Below, in pieces: positions 39,101 through 44,746 of a DNA stretch of 44,746 nt (the stretch's first letter is position 1; each line of letters starts with the position of its first letter). The position numbers and the translations under genes are program-made. The notes beneath the pieces were generated by a model. That model was not told the DNA's origin and did not search any database. It worked only from the letters and a program-made list of their open reading frames with translations. The DNA is from Spironucleus salmonicida (Eukaryota), in contig NC_090604.1 of NCBI RefSeq assembly GCF_000497125.1, positions 578,651 to 623,396 of the forward strand. Direction: 5' to 3'.

Positions 39101-42100
39101 ATATACCACCAATAACTAGCATACAACACCAAACTATAATATACACAACACGAATATCACACAATAAATAACAAATACACACATACCATAAAGAAATATA
39201 GCAAAATCAACTCGCATCATAACAAAAATAAGACAACATACTAATCATACAACAGCACATCCAAAACAATAAAAACCCAAACTATAAAAATATCACCCAA
39301 TATGCACATATACCAAAATATCACATCCCTATAGCAACAGTACAATCTAGACACTAATCATAATATATCAACATATAAATACGCCATATTAATAAAATAT
39401 AATATACAAGAAAAAATATCCGATAAAATCCATAAATTAAAATCACATATACCAGACAATAAACAAAACCACACTAACAAATATAAAGAATAAAAAATCC
39501 AACACCAATAATCATAAATACATAACAAATGACAGTATATACAAAGAACAATAGCATGAGCACAATAGCATCACACAATAATCAAAAATAAACAAAGACA
39601 ATCCAATAAATATGCCACAATATAACCACAATAACTACATATAATAACTAGCCAAATAATAAAATACATCACAATATACGTAAATAATATATCATACCTA
39701 GTACCACCTACTAATCAAACACTGACTAGCCATATCACACCGCAATATACAATAGCAAGATGTACAACACAATATACGGTCGATATAACAATATCACCGC
39801 AGCACATATGAATATCAAACAGAACTAGGACTACATAGCCATATAACCGGAATATCACAATATAGTAAGAGACTATCACACAGCCGAGTCATACGCATAA
39901 GAGATAAATAATAATATACGAATTACACAATAAACTAATCATACGATAAACCATCACACTCATATGAAAATAGAGATACAAAATAATATAATATAATCAC
40001 AAATAAACAACGCCAAGATACCATGCACATACAATAGCACAAAAACATAACCATATAATCATACAATCATAAGATAAGAAACCGCCATATACATCATTAA
40101 ACATAGCAATAACCCAAGCACTATCAAATATCTACATAATACAGAACAATATCAATCATACAATAACCTTATATAGTCAAGTAATATACATATAGTATGA
40201 TTACAGAAAAATCAACATATAGGCGGAGTCATACAAATCCGATACCACTATATTGCAATAGTACATAAATCAAATATAACAGAAATATATCAAAAAACAT
40301 AAAATAAAATATAAAATATAACATAATATAAAACACACCTGAAGCCAACTACAATATAAACATATAGATAAATAACACGAATAAAACACGAACTAATATA
40401 AACTAAAAGAATAATAAAAGAAACATACACACTATAACATACATACTGAAAAAAAGATATACCAAACATCATAACAACATATAAAAATATAAGATAGTCA
40501 AAATAATACAAATCAATAGACAATAACTAATAAGTAATCATAAACCAAACCGAATATATAGCACTACATACATATACCCATCAATCCACATATGAATACC
40601 ACAATAAGATATAATAAAAACATACACTAAAATACATATTAATATAATATAACACTAACGCAGATCAACAACAATGATACCAATATAGCCAATATATATA
40701 TAAATATAATAATAAATAAATACATAATATATCACCCACACCATATAAATAATATACAATCACAAAAATAGCCCAAAATATACTAAAGACCTGAATCATA
40801 AGACCCATATAATATACCCAGGATAACACACCCAACCATATACCAAACAAAAATCCCCACCATAACCTATACTATATATATAAATATAATATAATATATA
40901 TCCGGAATACAATCACATACAACATCACCTAATCAAATAAACATATAACAATAGCAAATATTAAATCAGTCACTAGTGGATCATAAATCCGGAATATACC
41001 ACCACACTATAAATATAATGCATTATGGAATACACAATAACAATACATCCCACAACGAACTCACACAATAATAGACCTAAAGTAATACCGAGATCATACA
41101 GCGATCCCAAACTCCCCTCCACACGCAGATACCATATCAACATAATATCACCCATCATACGCACATAGAAATACGTGAATCAAATAGACACATATAGAGA
41201 GTACCCAGTACTACAAAAATAATATATATATAACAGCATATATATCATAATATAGCACTCACCACATTAATCAATACATATAATATCACAGTAATAATAT
41301 AAGCACATATACACAGCGCATAATAAACGATAACCATAAGGATAATAGACACCAATACCAACTAATCACAAGAATATTCACCAGCGACGTACTACCGCGC
41401 GATACATATAATGACAATCACTAAACGAATAAAAAGCACCAATAATAGCAATAAGATTAATAATACTAAAAAGCAAATCACTAATATATATATATGCATC
41501 GATAAAAATGAAGCACAAAATACCGCACAATCAAATAATCACTACTCAATACATACGCGGCCATATATAAAAGACACTATACCATAATACTAATATAAGA
41601 TCACTAATATAAATCACCTACATTATCCGACTATAGGCCAACAATAACAGCATCACACACCAGAAATATAAAGTAGAATATCAATAAGAAGAACAAACTA
41701 ATACACTCTCGAAACGATACTATACCAAGACGTAGAAGACCATACAATCCATAGGCCACCATAAAATACAAATATAACCACACTGAATATACCCACCCCG
41801 CACACAACCCAACGAATTACTAACTAAACTAATTATGACCCATGTACTATGACTACATCATCCAAATACATCACCCAATCGATCAACATACTAGCCAAAA
41901 ATCACTACATATACCGAAAATGATAATCACAATATACTATATAATATAGAACATAAACCAGGATAACACACCAATAGAATACTACATATCTATATACAAA
42001 TGACTAGAGTAATGACCACATAAGAACATAAATATAATTACTATACACGACTAACAAATATACGATAAGGAGAACAATAATAAGATCACTATTAGCATAA

Positions 42101-44746
42101 TCAGATAAGATACCACAGCCATGGCATTCATATACACGAATCGATAATCATACATGCATCAATCTACTACTATAATATACTGATAAATAATCACTACAAA
42201 TATCATACACATAGAATATAATATCAATATAGATCACAGATCATAATCATAATTAATAAATATACAATCGATCACTAGACATATATACAACCCTCTATAC
42301 TACACACATATCACTATGTAATAAACCATATTCACATAATCCCCAAATAACATAAAAATACTACAATAAACATCATACACTATAGTAATAGCGTCAAAGC
42401 AAATATAATATTAATATACATATAATATCCCGCGAGTATAAAAATCAATACCAGATAATAACCATAAATAAACTGAATAATATCAATAATATGATATATA
42501 AATTCAACTAACACACGAAACCAACAAAAAATCAGTAGCACAACATATAATATACAATAGCCAGTCATAGCGGACTATAATAGCACAATATCAAAACGAA
42601 CAGAGAAAATATACATGATAAATATAATATAATAATACACTATACGGAAATAAATAGGTCAGACAACACCAATATACAATAACACAACACCCATACTACC
42701 ATACTACCCCCGAACACCCATCACAAATACAATATAAATATCAGGCCACCCCCCACCCGAATCCCCCCATAAATAACATATCACAAATACCAATAGCCAT
42801 ACCAAAATCCATATTACATATACAAACTACGCCACCAAAGCCAAGGCCATATAACCAATAATACCAATATAACCATACCTATATACATAGTACCAAAATA
42901 AATACTAACATAATACATCACTACACTATAAATATTACACCTCACAACGACATACACGCGCACTCACTACCATAACATCTCATCACACTATCACACCAAC
43001 ACACTAGAACCCTCCATATGATCACGCAGAACCAACGAAATATATCATCACACCGGATAAAACAAACCGAAACCCCCAAACCCAAAAGTCAATAATACTA
43101 GATACTACTACATCACATAATAGGCGATACACTAAATAAAAACAAGGTATCACAATATAAACCTCCTTAATAAACTAATAAGTACTAATATGAGATATAG
43201 AATCACAGATAATAACTCACACAACATACGCATATACAAGAAACCTAATACAATAATATACATACCAACCGAAATACATGATAATTATACATCTGAACAT
43301 AACGCCATAATAATTAAATCACAACAATATAATATCAATATAATATAATATAGATATCACACTAAGCATATAATACAACTACCAGCACACATATACATAT
43401 AACACTCACATACTAACCACAAGACGGCCCCACCACGACACATGAAGGATACATATAATATACCAAAGTCATAATATAATCACTACATATAGATATAACA
43501 ATATACAAATACTACATAATCACCCACCATAGGTACTACTCAATACTACAGATACAATCCGCCAAGACACACCCAACACGATAACACACTATACATAGTA
43601 AACACACTAAATATAAATAAAACCTCTACACAACACACTAAAATAAATAATAATATCTAACTAGGAAATAATAAAAAAGCCATTAACTAACACCTAATCC
43701 ATAATATACAATATCATACTATATACCTCCACTAATAATCATAGAATATACCACAAATATAATATTAATATACACATAATATAATGAATAATCAGTAATC
43801 ACACCCCCAATACCAGTATATACCATATACCACTCACACATAACCTAAAGTAACTACCAACTCATCAATCACACTTATAATACTTACCAGATACTAGTTA
43901 ATATATACATATCACTACCTAGCATATACGTGAGAATACCATTATAGCACCCATACGCACTAACACTACATACTACTCACCTACCCCCCATATAACATCA
44001 CATTCACCACAAATAATAATATAATCACTACCTCAACACTCACATAACCAAATTCATACCACCACTACATCACATATAAACTAATATACCACTATTAACA
44101 CCTTACACTCATACCACCCGCATACCGACCTATCAATACCGTACACTACCAATATACCACTACATAACCTCACGATCCCTAGCATACTCATATATTAATA
44201 TAATACTAATCACCCATCCAGCTCACATATACAGATAGTAACCATACTAATCCATTACCTACAAGTTATTAATACACTAAAGACACATACATAACAACCA
44301 ATACACACTAGCAAATCATTAGATCAAAAAAGCAATAATACCCGATATACCGACTATACATTCACCATACTCAAATACGCCACATGATAAACCACGAATA
44401 AATACATTACAACCAATAGATATCAAGAATACACTAACGATATCATCAACTCACGAATCAACTAACTATACATTACACACACTCTAATATAATAAACCCC
44501 AATATCACCATATACACACTATACTAAGATATCAGATACAGCAATACTAACGATAGACTAATCCACTATAACATATGACTATCATCATACATACTTACAT
44601 ATAATATAATACATCAATATAATATAATAATAATATAAAATATTATATATATTATTTATATTATTATATTTATTTTTTTTTTATTATTGATATAGATATA
44701 ATATAAATATAATATAAATAATAATAAATATTATATATAAGATATA
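30141..44746. other. A/C-skewed, G-poor sequence, probably a low-quality consensus tail
   Basis: Abrupt composition change; G and TT scarce, ATATA pervasive; the only ORFs are minus-strand I/Y/L/F-rich junk. Confidence 0.65.
32190..32570 (-). repeat. Degenerate (ATAAT)n tract, reverse complement of the 29.1-kb satellite
   Basis: Runs of ATATAATATAAT with almost no G or C. Boundaries approximate. Confidence 0.7.

Noticed and set aside
32101-42568. Hydrophobic minus-strand ORFs resembling mitochondrial membrane proteins
   Set aside because: Products of compositional skew with no conserved motifs; diplomonads lack mitochondrial genomes.
30141-44746. Tail as a fold-back copy of the first 29 kb
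   Set aside because: Spot comparisons in both orientations found no match; a sensitive alignment would be needed to exclude it fully.

Overview
Eukaryotic, AT-rich, intron-free DNA from a diplomonad, most likely a hexamitid (Spironucleus/Hexamita/Trepomonas type). The beta-tubulin is Giardia-like and TAA/TAG are read as Gln, with TGA the only stop (translation table 6), so the supplied standard-code ORF track fragments the real genes. Bases 1-29.1 kb are interpretable. They hold the first codons of a probable beta-tubulin at the left edge, a 72-aa basic ORF, a Myb-domain protein, and two convergent tRNA-Val(GAC) + beta-tubulin units. Those units share an apparently perfect 2082-bp inverted repeat around decayed cysteine-rich surface-protein sequence. 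Further along lie tRNA-Ala(AGC), a ZIP metal transporter, a 64-aa ORF, a 1807-aa orphan, a bacterial-type phytoene-dehydrogenase-family flavoprotein with a C-terminal membrane anchor, and another decayed Cys-rich gene. A ~1-kb (ATTAT)n satellite starts at 29.1 kb. The ~14.6 kb after it is strongly A/C-skewed, has no supportable genes, and is probably a consensus or basecalling artefact. The most interesting candidates are the inverted tubulin/Cys-rich cassette, the G34 tRNA-Val, a possible small structured RNA at ~3395-3484, and a 52-bp dispersed element abutting the satellite. All translations and comparisons were done by eye; no database searches were run.
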